DNA from: Bacteroidaceae bacterium
Lineage (GTDB): Bacteria; Pseudomonadota; Alphaproteobacteria; RF32; CAG-239
Direction: 5' to 3'
DNA: 64,000 nt
NCBI GenBank assembly: GCA_963641885.1
Contig: CAVIDY010000005.1
Location: forward strand, 931-64,930
The notes under the pieces were generated by a model. The model was given only the letters and a program-made list of their open reading frames with translations, had not been told where the DNA came from and ran no database searches. Position 1 is the first letter of the stretch. Each line of letters starts with the position of its first letter. The position numbers and the translations under genes were made by a program. Below are positions 38,777 to 49,565 of the stretch, piece by piece.

Positions 38777-38964
38777 CCCCCATAAATAAATATATGTAAA
38801 AAGTATGTGAAAAGTATAAAAGTTCAGGCGCAGATTGCAATGAACAAAAGCAGGTTATCAACTTTAATCTTTTATGTGTAAAAATTATATTCTTGTAGAC
38901 GAATAAATTTTTTTAGCTTAAACTCAAAACCGAAATATGAAATCTCTTTAGAAGGAAAATAAAA

Positions 38965-39180
38965 ATGAATAAAGTGCAAAGTGATTTTTTGAATGATATT
39001 AAAGAAGGCAAAGTTGCCGTAACTGTTTTTTTGATTAACGGTGTAAAATTGCAGGGCATTATAACTCAGCAGGACGAAGAAAGCTTGCTGCTGCGCCGCG
39101 ACGGTCATACCCAGTTGGTTTATAAACACGCCGTTTCAACCATTATGCCAAGTGTGGCTGTTGATATAGCCGAAGAATAG
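38965..39180 (+). CDS. hfq: RNA chaperone Hfq
   Basis: [39 protein letters not shown]...[11 protein letters not shown] contains the Sm1 and Sm2 motifs. Confidence 0.95.
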   Translation: MNKVQSDFLNDIKEGKVAVTVFLINGVKLQGIITQQDEESLLLRRDGHTQLVYKHAVSTIMPSVAVDIAEE

Positions 39181-39183
39181 TCT

Positions 39184-40506
39184 TTGATAGAAGTTGAGCA
39201 AAATAGACGGTTTAACGCCGCCGTAGTTTGTCCCGAAGTTTTTGGCGCGCCTGCAAGTTTGTCGCCTGAAAGCCGCTTGGCGGAAGCTGAGGGGCTGGCT
39301 TTGGCTATCCGTCTGAATGTGGTTTATAAAGAAAGCCTGAAAATAAAGGATATTAAGCCGTCTGCTTATTTCAGCAAAGGCTTTTTAGAACGCTTAAAGC
39401 CGATTATAGCTGAAAATGATGTAGATTTATTGATTGTTGATACAAGGCTAAGTCCAATTCAGCAGCGTAATTTGGAACGTGAACTAAAACTTAAAGTTAT
39501 AGACCGTACCGCTTTGATTTTAGAAATTTTCGGCGAACGTGCGCAAACTAAAGAAGGCGCGTTGCAAGTGGAATTGGCTCACTTGACTTATCAGCGCTCG
39601 CGTTTGGTGCGCAGTTGGACTCACTTGGAGCGTCAGCGCGGCGGCGCCGGCTTTTTAGGTGGACCGGGTGAAACGCAAATTGAGCTGGACAGGCGTATTA
39701 TTGACGACAAAATCGTCCGCATTAAAAAAGAGCTGGAAAAAGTACGGCAAACCCGTGGTATTCAGCGCAGCGCCCGCCGCAAAGTTCCTTATCCCGTCGC
39801 CGCGCTGGTCGGTTATACCAACGCCGGAAAATCAACCTTGTTTAACTATTTAGCCGGCAGTTCGGTTATGGCGGCAGATATGCTTTTTGCCACGCTTGAT
39901 CCGACAATGCGCAAAATCAGCCTGAACGGCGGACGAGAGGTTATTTTATCCGACACGGTTGGATTTATTTCGGATTTGCCGCACGAACTGGTAATGGCTT
40001 TCCGTGCTACGCTGGAAGAAGTCTTAAATGCTGATATAATTTTGCATATCAGAGATGTTTCCAATCCGGACAGCCAAGCGCAATGCGCCGATGTTCTGAA
40101 TGTGCTGGCGAATTTAGGCTTAAAAGAAATTAAAAACGCCGATAATTATATTGAGGTATTTAACAAAGCCGATTTGTTGCCGCCCGAAGATTTGCCTCGT
40201 TGGCGAACTAAAACTGAAAACAGCAATAATATGGTTTTGACTTCGGCAATCAGCGGTGAGGGCTGTGGCAGGTTGTTGGAGCTTATACGTCAAAAATTAA
40301 CGCTGGGACAGAGAAAATGTACAATATCATTGCCAGCAGAAGACGGACAGATACAAGCCTGGCTGTATCAAAACAGCGATGTGCAAAAACTTGAAAACGG
40401 CGAGCAATGCAATATATATTCTGTTTGCATCAGTTCCGAAAATTTAGCGCGCTTAGAAAAAATGACCGAAAACCGTTCGGATATTGAAATAAGGGGAAAT
40501 CTATGA
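39184..40506 (+). CDS. hflX: GTPase HflX
   Basis: LAHLTYQRSRL...GGPGETQIELDRR and the G-domain motif GYTNAGKSTLFN are present. The hfq-hflX order is conserved, and the start is TTG. Confidence 0.93.
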   Translation: MIEVEQNRRFNAAVVCPEVFGAPASLSPESRLAEAEGLALAIRLNVVYKESLKIKDIKPSAYFSKGFLERLKPIIAENDVDLLIVDTRLSPIQQRNLERELKLKVIDRTALILEIFGERAQTKEGALQVELAHLTYQRSRLVRSWTHLERQRGGAGFLGGPGETQIELDRRIIDDKIVRIKKELEKVRQTRGIQRSARRKVPYPVAALVGYTNAGKSTLFNYLAGSSVMAADMLFATLDPTMRKISLNGGREVILSDTVGFISDLPHELVMAFRATLEEVLNADIILHIRDVSNPDSQAQCADVLNVLANLGLKEIKNADNYIEVFNKADLLPPEDLPRWRTKTENSNNMVLTSAISGEGCGRLLELIRQKLTLGQRKCTISLPAEDGQIQAWLYQNSDVQKLENGEQCNIYSVCISSENLARLEKMTENRSDIEIRGNL

Positions 40507-40886
40507 AAAAAGTCTATTATAGTATTGTAAGTTTGTTCTTGTGTTTGTCTGCTTGTGTTTCACAGCCGACGGCAGCTCGTTATGAGGACGAATTGTCGGC
40601 ATGGATTGGGCAAAGCGAAGATAATTTATATGCTGAATGGGGCTATCCGAATGTTACATATTCCGTGGGACCGGACAGCTTTATTGCCACTTATATCCAA
40701 CAATACAGCAGACCTGTTGTCGGCGATACCGAGCCTTATGCTGACAATATGACATATTCGGCAATGGAAGTTCCGTCGTATGGTCTGCCTCAGTCGCAGG
40801 GAATTTATTATTGCAAAACTTCATTTGTTATTACAGACGGTGTTATCAGCGACTATAATTTTAACGGCGACGATTGCGTTAGATAA
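40503..40886 (+). CDS. Hypothetical lipoprotein
   Basis: MKKVYYSIVSLFLCLSAC is a signal peptide with a lipobox. The start overlaps the hflX stop (ATGA). Confidence 0.65.
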   Translation: MKKVYYSIVSLFLCLSACVSQPTAARYEDELSAWIGQSEDNLYAEWGYPNVTYSVGPDSFIATYIQQYSRPVVGDTEPYADNMTYSAMEVPSYGLPQSQGIYYCKTSFVITDGVISDYNFNGDDCVR

Positions 40887-40930
40887 TTTCCGCCACCAAA
40901 AACATAATCCAAACCATATTTTGTAGACAT

Positions 40931-40961
40931 AAAAAACAGACCGTTTAAACGGTCTGTTTTG
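40931..40961. terminator. Bidirectional intrinsic terminator
   Basis: CAGACCG (40937-40943) pairs with CGGTCTG (40950-40956), flanked by A6 and T4 runs. Confidence 0.8.
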
Positions 40962-40976
40962 CAAATATTGTTAAAT

Positions 40977-41450
40977 TTAGTCTAAATTCCCAAACAAGCG
41001 GTTTTTAATTACATAACCTTCTTTAATATCATTAGCTTTTACCTGACCAGCGTTTATTTCCAGCACAGCGCGCGGGCGTTTCGGCGGAAATATTGCTTCG
41101 GTGGAGTTTGGTGTTGCATTTTCATAAATATAGAAAACCACACCATTTTCATCAGCAAAAAGCATATCCAGCGGAATCAAGGTGTCTTTCATCCAAAGCG
41201 CCACCTGCATATCTTTTGGAACAATTGTCACGTCCATCAGCAATCCGGAATCTTCAGCTAATGAATTTCTGCCCATCAAACCTTGATAAAGTGTTTCTTT
41301 TGTGTCGGCAACTTCAACATTATATTCATATTGAGCTTCACCGGATTCAATAATCAACTTTTCGGTTTTATTATCATTTTTTTCAGAGCAGGCTGAAAGT
41401 AAAATTAAAGCCGAAAAAACAACAACTTTTAATAACTTATACATAATCAC
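40977..41450 (-). CDS. DUF192 domain protein (secreted)
   Basis: A signal peptide is present, and GLMGRNSLAEDSGLLM...MKDTLIPLDMLFADENG is typical of DUF192/COG1430. Confidence 0.75.
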   Translation of the reverse strand: MIMYKLLKVVVFSALILLSACSEKNDNKTEKLIIESGEAQYEYNVEVADTKETLYQGLMGRNSLAEDSGLLMDVTIVPKDMQVALWMKDTLIPLDMLFADENGVVFYIYENATPNSTEAIFPPKRPRAVLEINAGQVKANDIKEGYVIKNRLFGNLD

Positions 41451-41604
41451 TCCTTGTTAAAACATTAACAATATTCAATATTATAACAAAATTTTCAGTC
41501 AATTCAACAAAAAATAAAACATATTTGTTCAAAATGTTTTTTAGTGCTTGTAACTGTATGGAACTTTGATTAAAATGTAGCAAAACAACAATTGGAGGCA
41601 GCTT

Positions 41605-42099
41605 ATGAAAAAAATCAGTTTATTGCTGGCGGGAGTTTTGGCGCTGAATGGTTGTGCAAATTTATTATCCGAACGTTCATGCGTTAGTGGCGCACAAGAA
41701 TTTAAGCCGGTTATTCAAGTGCAAAAAGTTAAGCAAACGCCTAAATTGGCGGCAACCATATATTTTGCCGACGGCAGTTTTAGTTTAACCAAGGCAGAAA
41801 AACAGGGGCTGGAACAAATTGCTGCGCAGGCGCAAAAAACAGGCGCTGATTTAAAAATTGTTGGTCACGCTTCATCACGCACTCGGCAAACTACGTTAAT
41901 TGAACACACTATGATAAACTTAGGAATTTCAAGCAAGCGAGCTGTTAGTGTGATTAGGGCTTTGGCGCAATATGGTATGCCTTTGCATAAAATGCGCTAC
42001 GAGGCGTTGGCAGACAGTCAGCCAGCAGTGCCTGAAGTAAATGCTGAAGCCGAGGCATTAAATCGTCGGGTGGAAATTTTTTATTTGTATAAGGAATAA
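41605..42099 (+). CDS. OmpA-family (Pal-like) lipoprotein
   Basis: The lipobox is LALNGC. The OmpA C-terminal domain shows IYFADGSFSL...IVGHAS...NRRVEIF. Confidence 0.85.
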   Translation: MKKISLLLAGVLALNGCANLLSERSCVSGAQEFKPVIQVQKVKQTPKLAATIYFADGSFSLTKAEKQGLEQIAAQAQKTGADLKIVGHASSRTRQTTLIEHTMINLGISSKRAVSVIRALAQYGMPLHKMRYEALADSQPAVPEVNAEAEALNRRVEIFYLYKE

Positions 42100-42108
42100 A
42101 ACGCCGGT

Positions 42109-43872
42109 ATGGAAAACAGTGAATTGTCTTTAGGTGGAAACATTTGGAAAATCGCGGCTGTGGACGATGGTTTGGTTGAGCGTATGTCTTTGTCCTATAA
42201 CCTGCCGCAATATTTGGCGCAACTTCTCTGCGAGCGAGGCATTGACTTTAAGGACGTAAATAACTTTATTACGCCTAAAGTGCAGAATTTAATGCCGGAG
42301 CCTTATGTGCTGAAAGATATGCAAAAAGCTGTTGAACGAGTGGCGCAGGCAGTGCTGAATGGTGAAAAGATTGCCATTATCGGCGATTATGACGTGGACG
42401 GCGCTACTTCAACTTCAGAACTGACCAGATTTTTTAGAGCGGTCGGCATAAACCCGCTGATTCATATTCCAAGCCGCAAAGAAGGATATGGACCAAGTGA
42501 TTTGGCTTTTAGCGAGTTTGAGCAAGACGGGACAAAACTGGTTATAACCATAGATTGCGGCACCACCGCGTTTGACGTGCTTAACCGCGCGGCTGAAAAC
42601 GGCTTTGAAATCATGGTGATAGACCACCATGAGGCGGAAACTATCTTGCCTAAAGTGTATGCGGTAATCAATCCCAAACGCTTGGACGAAGATAATCAAT
42701 ATCCGTATTTAGCCTATATGTCGGCGGTTGGCGTCGGTTTTATGTTTTTGGTGGCGCTGAACCGTAAATTGCGGCAAAACGGTTTTTATGAAACGCATAA
42801 GGCGCCGGACTTATTGAGTTTGCTTGATTTGGTGGCGCTGGGCACAGTGTGCGATGTCGTGCCTTTGCTGGGATTAAACAGGGCTTATGTGCGGCAAGGA
42901 CTGAAAGTTATGGCGCAGCAGCACAATTTGGGACTTAAAAGCCTGTTGAAAGTTGCGGCGGTAGAATGTGCGCCGACTTCCTATCATTTGGGATTTGTGC
43001 TTGGACCAAGAATTAACGCCTGCGGGCGTGTCGGCGATGCGGCTTTGGGGAGTCGTCTGCTTTGTACCGAAAATGAAACCGAAGCGCAGCTGCTGGCGGA
43101 TAAATTTAATGCTCTGAATTCTGAACGCAAAGATATAGAAAATTATGTGCTGCTGCAGGCAATAGAGCAGGTGGAGGGGCAAGCGCAACAATATCCAATA
43201 GCATTTGCTTTTGGCGAAGATTGGCATCAAGGCGTTATCGGTATTGTTGCTGGAAAATTGAAAGAGCGCTATAACGTGCCGTCCTTTGTGATGTCGATTG
43301 AACCTGACGAGGTTAAAGGTTCGGCTCGTTCCATAGATGGCGTTGATTTAGGCGCTTTGGTTATTGCCGCTAAAGAAAAAGGAATTTTGACAGCTGGCGG
43401 CGGACATATTATGGCGGCGGGATTTTCTTTGCAAAAAGAGCAAATTCCGCAGTTTAAAGAGTTTGTCGGCAAATATGTGGAAGAAAGTCTGGGAAAAGAA
43501 AAAATCGCTCCAGAACTGAATATAGATTTAACATTGGCGCTGAGTGGAGTTACCGAAAAATTTGCCGATGATTTATCTTTGCTGGAACCATACGGAGCTG
43601 GTAATCCCGAACCGCAGATAATGGTAAAAAATGTCAGCATAAACCGTCCGCGTTTGGTGGGCAGTGGTCATGTCAGCTGTTTTTTAGGCTCGCCTTACGG
43701 GGGTAGTTTAAAAGCTATTGCTTTTCGTTGCGCCGATACAGAAGTCGGAAACGCCATGCTGCATGACAACGGCGAGCTTTTTGATGTTGTCGGTCAAATC
43801 AAAACCGATATGTGGCAGGGGCGCAAAACAATTCAAATGATTATTAACGATATAAGAAGAGCAGGAAAATGA
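42109..43872 (+). CDS. recJ: Single-stranded-DNA-specific exonuclease RecJ
   Basis: The DHH motifs are IAIIGDYDVDGATS, ITIDCG and MVIDHH, and the DHHA1 motif is GGGHIMAAG. Confidence 0.95.
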   Translation: MENSELSLGGNIWKIAAVDDGLVERMSLSYNLPQYLAQLLCERGIDFKDVNNFITPKVQNLMPEPYVLKDMQKAVERVAQAVLNGEKIAIIGDYDVDGATSTSELTRFFRAVGINPLIHIPSRKEGYGPSDLAFSEFEQDGTKLVITIDCGTTAFDVLNRAAENGFEIMVIDHHEAETILPKVYAVINPKRLDEDNQYPYLAYMSAVGVGFMFLVALNRKLRQNGFYETHKAPDLLSLLDLVALGTVCDVVPLLGLNRAYVRQGLKVMAQQHNLGLKSLLKVAAVECAPTSYHLGFVLGPRINACGRVGDAALGSRLLCTENETEAQLLADKFNALNSERKDIENYVLLQAIEQVEGQAQQYPIAFAFGEDWHQGVIGIVAGKLKERYNVPSFVMSIEPDEVKGSARSIDGVDLGALVIAAKEKGILTAGGGHIMAAGFSLQKEQIPQFKEFVGKYVEESLGKEKIAPELNIDLTLALSGVTEKFADDLSLLEPYGAGNPEPQIMVKNVSINRPRLVGSGHVSCFLGSPYGGSLKAIAFRCADTEVGNAMLHDNGELFDVVGQIKTDMWQGRKTIQMIINDIRRAGK

Positions 43873-44537
43873 AAGAAGAAAAAATAGAAGAAGCCTCCCA
43901 AAAAGTAGGCAGTAAAATTAAAAGCTATTTCTTTACAGGTGTTGTAGTGACTGCACCAGTGGCAATTACCGTTTATATGTCATATCATCTGTTGATATGG
44001 ATTAACAACGCCACCAGCCGTTTAGTCCCAAAGCAATGGTCAATCGGCGATTTTGTTCCGTACGCCGTTCCTGGGGCTGGTTTACTGCTGCTGATTATCG
44101 CGATGATTGTTATCGGTATGCTCACCACCGGTTATGTCGGCAAATTTTTTGTACGCTTATGGGAAGCGTTGGTACAAAAAATGCCAGTTGTTTCCAGCAT
44201 ATATTCTTTAATGAAGCAAATTTTTGAAACATTTTTATCGCAGAAAACACGTTCGTTTAGTGAAGTAGTGCTGGTGGAATATCCAAGAAAACGTTTATGG
44301 ACCATTGCATTTGTCAGCAAAGATGAAACCGGCGGGGAAATTGATGATAAAATTAACGGCAGAACATTGAGTATTTTTGTGCCGACAACGCCGAACCCAA
44401 CTTCCGGCTTTTTGATTTTTGTGCCGGAAAATGATGTGGTTAAGTTGAATATGAGTGTTGAAGACGGTATCAAATATGTTATATCTTGCGGTATTGTAAC
44501 ACCAACAGAATTAAAAGATAAGGTAAATAAATCATGA
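43869..44537 (+). CDS. DUF502 membrane protein
   Basis: IKSYFFTGVVVTAPVAITVY...PNPTSGFLIFVPENDV is typical of DUF502. The start overlaps the recJ stop. Confidence 0.75.
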   Translation: MKEEKIEEASQKVGSKIKSYFFTGVVVTAPVAITVYMSYHLLIWINNATSRLVPKQWSIGDFVPYAVPGAGLLLLIIAMIVIGMLTTGYVGKFFVRLWEALVQKMPVVSSIYSLMKQIFETFLSQKTRSFSEVVLVEYPRKRLWTIAFVSKDETGGEIDDKINGRTLSIFVPTTPNPTSGFLIFVPENDVVKLNMSVEDGIKYVISCGIVTPTELKDKVNKS

Positions 44538-45079
44538 AAAAAACAGGACTGTTAGCGTTAACGCTGCTTTTAGGTGCAAAATCCGCTTATGCTGGAACAT
44601 TGGCAGAATGGGGAAATTTTTTGGTTGAAGATATCAAAGATATCCGCTGCCAGCACAATTATGATGTGTATGTGCCGTTTTACGCTTGGCATAACCGTTT
44701 GACTTATGATCGAGAACACATTGATAAATATAATGAAAACGCTTGGGGTTTCGGCTTGGGCATTTCGCACACCAACGATGAGCAGACCTGGTCAGGCATA
44801 TATGCTATGGGTTTTAAGGATTCTAACTCTTATTTGGAAACATATTTCGGTTATGCCCGCCAATGGAACTGGACTGCTGGTGATGAAAACCAGTGGAGAG
44901 CTGGTGTCGGCTATACCTTAGGCTTAACCCAGCGCCATGAATACGCCTATATTCCGGTGCCACTGCCACTGCCTTTGTTTGGTGTCGGCTATCGCAATAT
45001 CAATGTACAGGCGGCATATGTGCCAGGGATAAAAAACGACGGCAACGTTTTGTTCGTTTTCTCTCGTTTTAGTTTTTAA
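44534..45079 (+). CDS. pagP: Lipid A palmitoyltransferase PagP
   Basis: YVPFYAWHNRLTYDREHIDKYNENAWGFGLG...YAMGFKDSN...IPVPLPLPLFGVGY...NGNVLFVFSRFSF parallels E. coli PagP along its whole length. Confidence 0.88.
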   Translation: MKKTGLLALTLLLGAKSAYAGTLAEWGNFLVEDIKDIRCQHNYDVYVPFYAWHNRLTYDREHIDKYNENAWGFGLGISHTNDEQTWSGIYAMGFKDSNSYLETYFGYARQWNWTAGDENQWRAGVGYTLGLTQRHEYAYIPVPLPLPLFGVGYRNINVQAAYVPGIKNDGNVLFVFSRFSF

Positions 45080-45100
45080 TTTGTTGTAAGGAGCAAAAAT

Positions 45101-45946
45101 ATGGAACAAAAAGTAATAAAAGTCGGCAAATTGGAAATTGGCAACAAACTGCCGTTGGCAATAATTGCCGGACCTTGCCAAATAGAAAGCCGCCAGCATG
45201 CAATTTTTATTGCCGGTAAAATGGTGGAAATTACCAAAAAACTCGGAGTTCCGTATATTTTTAAGGCTTCTTTTGATAAAGCAAACCGCACATCTATCAA
45301 CGGCGCGCGCGGCGTAGGGCTGGAAGAAGGTATGCGTACATTCGAAGAAATCCGCAAATTATATCCGGATTTACCGCTTTTAACCGATATTCATGAACGC
45401 GAGCAATGTCCGATTGTTGCTCAATATGTTGATATGCTGCAAATTCCGGCTTTTTTGTGCCGTCAGACTGATTTGGTGGTGGCTGCGGCTAAAACAGGTA
45501 AAGTCGTTAATATTAAAAAAGGTCAGTTTTTAGCTCCGTGGGACGTAAAAAATATTGTTAAAAAAGTTGAAGATTCCGGCAACTTTAATATTTGTGTGAC
45601 CGAGCGCGGCACCAGCTTTGGCTATAACACACTGGTAACCGATATGCGCGCTTTTCCGCAAATTGCCAAAGATTGCGGCTATCCACTGATTTTTGACGCC
45701 ACTCACTCGGTTCAGCAGCCGGGCGGACTTGGCGGCTGCACTGGCGGTCAGCGTGAGTTTGCTCCGGTTTTGGCGCGCGCGGCGGTGGCTGTGGGCGTGG
45801 CTGCGGTATTTATGGAAACACACGAAAATCCGGAAAAAGCTTTGTCAGATGGACCAAACTCCATTTATTTGTCAGATATGGAAAGAGTTATCAGCGAGCT
45901 GATGGCGTTTGATAAGGTTAACAAATCTATCATTCACGAGTATTAA
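45101..45946 (+). CDS. kdsA: 2-dehydro-3-deoxyphosphooctonate aldolase (KDO-8-P synthase)
   Basis: IAGPCQIES, FKASFDKANRTS, KKGQFLAPWD and DATHSVQQPGG motifs are present. Confidence 0.95.
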   Translation: MEQKVIKVGKLEIGNKLPLAIIAGPCQIESRQHAIFIAGKMVEITKKLGVPYIFKASFDKANRTSINGARGVGLEEGMRTFEEIRKLYPDLPLLTDIHEREQCPIVAQYVDMLQIPAFLCRQTDLVVAAAKTGKVVNIKKGQFLAPWDVKNIVKKVEDSGNFNICVTERGTSFGYNTLVTDMRAFPQIAKDCGYPLIFDATHSVQQPGGLGGCTGGQREFAPVLARAAVAVGVAAVFMETHENPEKALSDGPNSIYLSDMERVISELMAFDKVNKSIIHEY

Positions 45947-45952
45947 GCCAAA

Positions 45953-46687
45953 ATGCAGTTCAGCGGCGAGGGATATATTATCAAGCTGAAAAATCATGGC
46001 GAAAAGTCTATGATTGCCACTTTAGTATGTCTCGAGCACGGCAAAATTGTCGGCTATATAAACGGCGCGCACAGCAAACGCGGCTTGGGAATTTATCAGC
46101 TGGGCAATTATATTTCTTTCAATGCTTATGCGCGGGTGGAAGAAAATATGCTGAGTCTAAAAGGCGTGGAACTTGTGGAATCTCATACAGCTGATTTTAT
46201 GTTGGATACTGATAAAATTGAGGCGCTTTCATCGCTTTGCCGGCTGTTAGATGTCTGTGTGGCAGAAAATGATAATTTAGGCTATTTTTACAAAGTGATA
46301 AAAGACTTTTTTCAACATATACATAAAGATAATTGGCTGGTATATTATTCATTTTTTGAATATTATCTTTTAGATTTTTTAGGCGTAGGGCTTGATGTCG
46401 GAGAATGTGCCGTAACCGGTAAAAAAAGCGAACTGTCCTACGTTTCCCCAAAAACCGGACGCGCCGTGTGCGCCGAAATCGGCGAGCCGTATAAGGATAA
46501 ACTTTATGCTTATCCGCACTATATTGTTGATAAAAATTATCACCCGCAACGAGTCGAAGTGGCTGATTTACTGAAAATGACAGGCGGGTTTTTAACAAAA
46601 AATTTTTTAGCGGCTCATAACTTGCAATTGCCGGAAAAACGTGCTAATTTGCTGAACATTGTTAAAAAATATCAGATGAAAATGTAG
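45953..46687 (+). CDS. recO: DNA repair protein RecO
   Basis: The protein has an OB-fold-like N-terminus, a central Cys-containing segment, RecO-like size, and sits in a repair-gene context (kdsA-recO-parC). Confidence 0.75.
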   Translation: MQFSGEGYIIKLKNHGEKSMIATLVCLEHGKIVGYINGAHSKRGLGIYQLGNYISFNAYARVEENMLSLKGVELVESHTADFMLDTDKIEALSSLCRLLDVCVAENDNLGYFYKVIKDFFQHIHKDNWLVYYSFFEYYLLDFLGVGLDVGECAVTGKKSELSYVSPKTGRAVCAEIGEPYKDKLYAYPHYIVDKNYHPQRVEVADLLKMTGGFLTKNFLAAHNLQLPEKRANLLNIVKKYQMKM

Positions 46688-46694
46688 GTGAAAA

Positions 46695-48914
46695 ATGGTT
46701 GAAGAAAATGCCAAAATAAAAGATGTGCAACTTGGTGAAGAATTAAGCAAGCGCTATTTGTCGTATGCTATGTCTACCATTGTTTCACGCTCTTTGCCTG
46801 ATGTCCGCGATGGTTTGAAGCCTGTGCACCGCCGTTTGATGTATGCGATGCGCCAGCTGCACTTAGACCCGAAAAACGGCTTTAAAAAATGCGCCCGCGT
46901 GGTCGGAGACGTTATCGGTAAATATCACCCGCACGGCGATACAGCGGTTTACGGCGCCATGGTGCGTTTGGCACAGGATTTTTCAGTGCGCTATCCGCTG
47001 GTGGACGGGCAGGGCAATTTTGGCAATATTGACGGCGACGGCGCGGCGGCTATGCGTTATACTGAAGCTCGTTTGACCGAGTTTGCCATGGATTTGATGG
47101 ACGGCTTGAATGACGACGCTGTTGATTTTATGGATACATACGACGGTGAAGACAGCGAACCGGTAGTTATGCCTGCAATGGTTCCGAACTTGCTGTGCAA
47201 TGGTTCCATGGGTATCGCTGTGGGTATGGCAACCAACATTCCACCGCATAATTTGAGCGAAATCAGCGACGCTTTATTATATTTGATTGAAAATCCTGAT
47301 TGTGATGACGAACCATTGGTGCGCCGTTTGAAAGGTCCTGATTTTCCGACTGGCGGCGTTATTGTTGATTCGTTTGACACCATTTTGAATAACTATAAGC
47401 AAGGCAAGGGTAGTTTTCGTATCCGTGCTAAGTGGACGACTGAGGATTTGGGACACGGGCAATATCAAATTGTGGTCACGGAGATTCCATATCAGGTAAT
47501 TAAATCCAAACTGATTGAAAAAATTGCCGAATTGCTGCTGAATAAAAAGCTACCGTTTTTGAGCGATGTACGCGATGAATCGGCGCAGGACGTGCGTATT
47601 GTGCTGGAACCGAAAAACCGCACGGTTGACGCCGCTATGCTGATGGAACAGCTGTTCCGCCAAACCGACTTGGAAGCCAAATTCAATATGAATATGAATG
47701 TGCTGGATTTGGATTGCGTGCCTAGAGTAATGAGCATCAAAGAAGTGCTGCATGACTATTTGGTGCACCGCAACGCGGTTTTGCTGCGTAAAATCAAATT
47801 CCGCCTGAGCAAAATCAATGCCCGATTGGAGATTTTGGAAGGCTATTTGACCGCGTATTTGAATTTGGACGAGATTATCCGTATAATTCGCGAGGAAGAC
47901 GAGCCGAAAAAAGTTATGATGGCAGAATTTAAGCTGACAGATAATCAAGCGGAAGCTATTTTGAATATGAAACTGCGTAACTTGCGCAAGCTTGATGAAG
48001 AGCAGATTAACGCCGAGCATTCGGATTTGTTGGAAGAAAAAGCTAAGCTGGAAATTTTGCATAACGATGAAGCAGAGCGTTGGAAGGCTATTGCCGAAGA
48101 AATTAAAAAGACTAAAGAAAAATACAGCAAAAAGACGGCTTTGGGACGCCGCCGCACCGAATTTGCCGAAGCTCCGGTAGATATAGACGTTCCGGTTGAA
48201 GCGCTGATAGAAAAAGAGCCGATTACGGTTATTTTATCGCAAAAAGGCTGGCTGCGCTGCATTAAAGGTCATGCTGATTTGAATGACGACTTCAAGTTCA
48301 AAGATGATGACGCATTGCTTTACGCTTTGCATGCTCAGACCACAGATAAAATCGTGCTGCTGGATAATAAAGGTAAATTTTTCAACATTGCCGCCCGCGA
48401 TATTCCAAGCGGACGCGGTTTTGGTCAGCCAGTGCGCCTGATGATTGATTTAGCCAACAACGACGATGTTGTTTCAATGTTTGTTTATGAGTCGAGGACA
48501 AGTTATTTAATTGCTTCGGACAAAGGATATGGCTTTATTGTTGATGAAAATCATATTTTGGCGCAAACCCGCAACGGTCGTAAAATAATGAACGTTGCCG
48601 ATGATGAAAATATCAAGTTTTGCTTGCCTCTGACTGGCGATTATGTGGCTGTGGTTGGTGAAAACCGCCGCTTGCTGGTGTTTAAGGCAGAGGAGATTCC
48701 GACAATGGCGCGCGGTCACGGCGTATTGCTGCAAAAGTATAAGGACGGTGCTATTTCCGATATTCAAATTTTCAAAGGCGAGGACGGTTTTAGCTATAAC
48801 CGCGCTGGCGGAATCAGCACCGAAAAAGAACTTATCGGCTGGCTTGGTCACCGAGCGCAAATCGGCAAAGTTGTGCCGTTTGGTTTTCCTAAAAACAACA
48901 AGTTCTTTAAGTAA
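46695..48914 (+). CDS. parC: DNA topoisomerase IV subunit A
   Basis: [28 protein letters not shown] and YHPHGD are present. The C-terminal domain is shorter than GyrA and lacks an acidic tail, and gyrA is present separately in this window. Confidence 0.9.
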   Translation: MVEENAKIKDVQLGEELSKRYLSYAMSTIVSRSLPDVRDGLKPVHRRLMYAMRQLHLDPKNGFKKCARVVGDVIGKYHPHGDTAVYGAMVRLAQDFSVRYPLVDGQGNFGNIDGDGAAAMRYTEARLTEFAMDLMDGLNDDAVDFMDTYDGEDSEPVVMPAMVPNLLCNGSMGIAVGMATNIPPHNLSEISDALLYLIENPDCDDEPLVRRLKGPDFPTGGVIVDSFDTILNNYKQGKGSFRIRAKWTTEDLGHGQYQIVVTEIPYQVIKSKLIEKIAELLLNKKLPFLSDVRDESAQDVRIVLEPKNRTVDAAMLMEQLFRQTDLEAKFNMNMNVLDLDCVPRVMSIKEVLHDYLVHRNAVLLRKIKFRLSKINARLEILEGYLTAYLNLDEIIRIIREEDEPKKVMMAEFKLTDNQAEAILNMKLRNLRKLDEEQINAEHSDLLEEKAKLEILHNDEAERWKAIAEEIKKTKEKYSKKTALGRRRTEFAEAPVDIDVPVEALIEKEPITVILSQKGWLRCIKGHADLNDDFKFKDDDALLYALHAQTTDKIVLLDNKGKFFNIAARDIPSGRGFGQPVRLMIDLANNDDVVSMFVYESRTSYLIASDKGYGFIVDENHILAQTRNGRKIMNVADDENIKFCLPLTGDYVAVVGENRRLLVFKAEEIPTMARGHGVLLQKYKDGAISDIQIFKGEDGFSYNRAGGISTEKELIGWLGHRAQIGKVVPFGFPKNNKFFK

Positions 48915-48920
48915 GAAGAA

Positions 48921-48950
48921 AAAATCCACGGATAATCGTGGATTTTTTTT
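48921..48950 (+). terminator. Intrinsic terminator of parC
   Basis: ATCCACG (48924-48930) pairs with CGTGGAT (48937-48943), followed by a T8 run. Confidence 0.85.
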
Positions 48951-49036
48951 ATATCCGGCGACCTAATTCAATATTGACAAAATTTATAAAAATGTTAAAC
49001 TGTTTAACAGTTAGTAATTATTTATTTTTAATTTTT

Positions 49037-49495
49037 ATGGAACATACTGATAAATTTACCGTACCATTGCCGCTAATGTATTTAGAAAAGGGCAATGTTC
49101 TCACCCTTCCGGTATTGGATTTGTCTAAGAAAGACGGTCTGTTCGGAATTAAGCTCGATCATTTTGCACTGGCATTGAAACAGTACAATGTGTCCTGGTA
49201 TGACGCTTATTGGTTGATTGAACAAAATAAGGTTTGTCGCAAAACGCCTCGTCTTCCGGACGATGTCGATTGTGAGGAAATGCGTCGTCATATCGACGTT
49301 ATCAACGCCACGGCAAGAATTTTGCGTGAGCGTGGAATTGATGCCGATAACCTCGGCTCCGATGCTCTCTATTGGCTGCGTCGTGAATATTCATCGCTGA
49401 AAGCTTTTGCTTTTATGATGAAGGAACACTTGAACACTTTGCGCGAAAAAGATGATGCTAAAGAGTGTTTGGCGCGTGTGATTTGGTATGATTGA
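49037..49495 (+). CDS. Hypothetical protein, possibly DUF1566-like (tentative)
   Basis: The start is trimmed to ATG 49037, downstream of the promoter TTGACA (48974-48979), 16 nt, TAAACT (48996-49001). The segment VSWYDAYWLIEQNKVCRKTPRLPDDVDCEEM...ALYW recalls the DUF1566 pattern W.EA....C....RLP...E....YW. Confidence 0.55.
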   Translation: MEHTDKFTVPLPLMYLEKGNVLTLPVLDLSKKDGLFGIKLDHFALALKQYNVSWYDAYWLIEQNKVCRKTPRLPDDVDCEEMRRHIDVINATARILRERGIDADNLGSDALYWLRREYSSLKAFAFMMKEHLNTLREKDDAKECLARVIWYD

Positions 49496-49565
49496 TATTT
49501 TGGATTCTTGGCGCAGTTTGCTGTGTCAAGAATCTTTAAGTCTTTAATTATTAAATTTTTAAGCT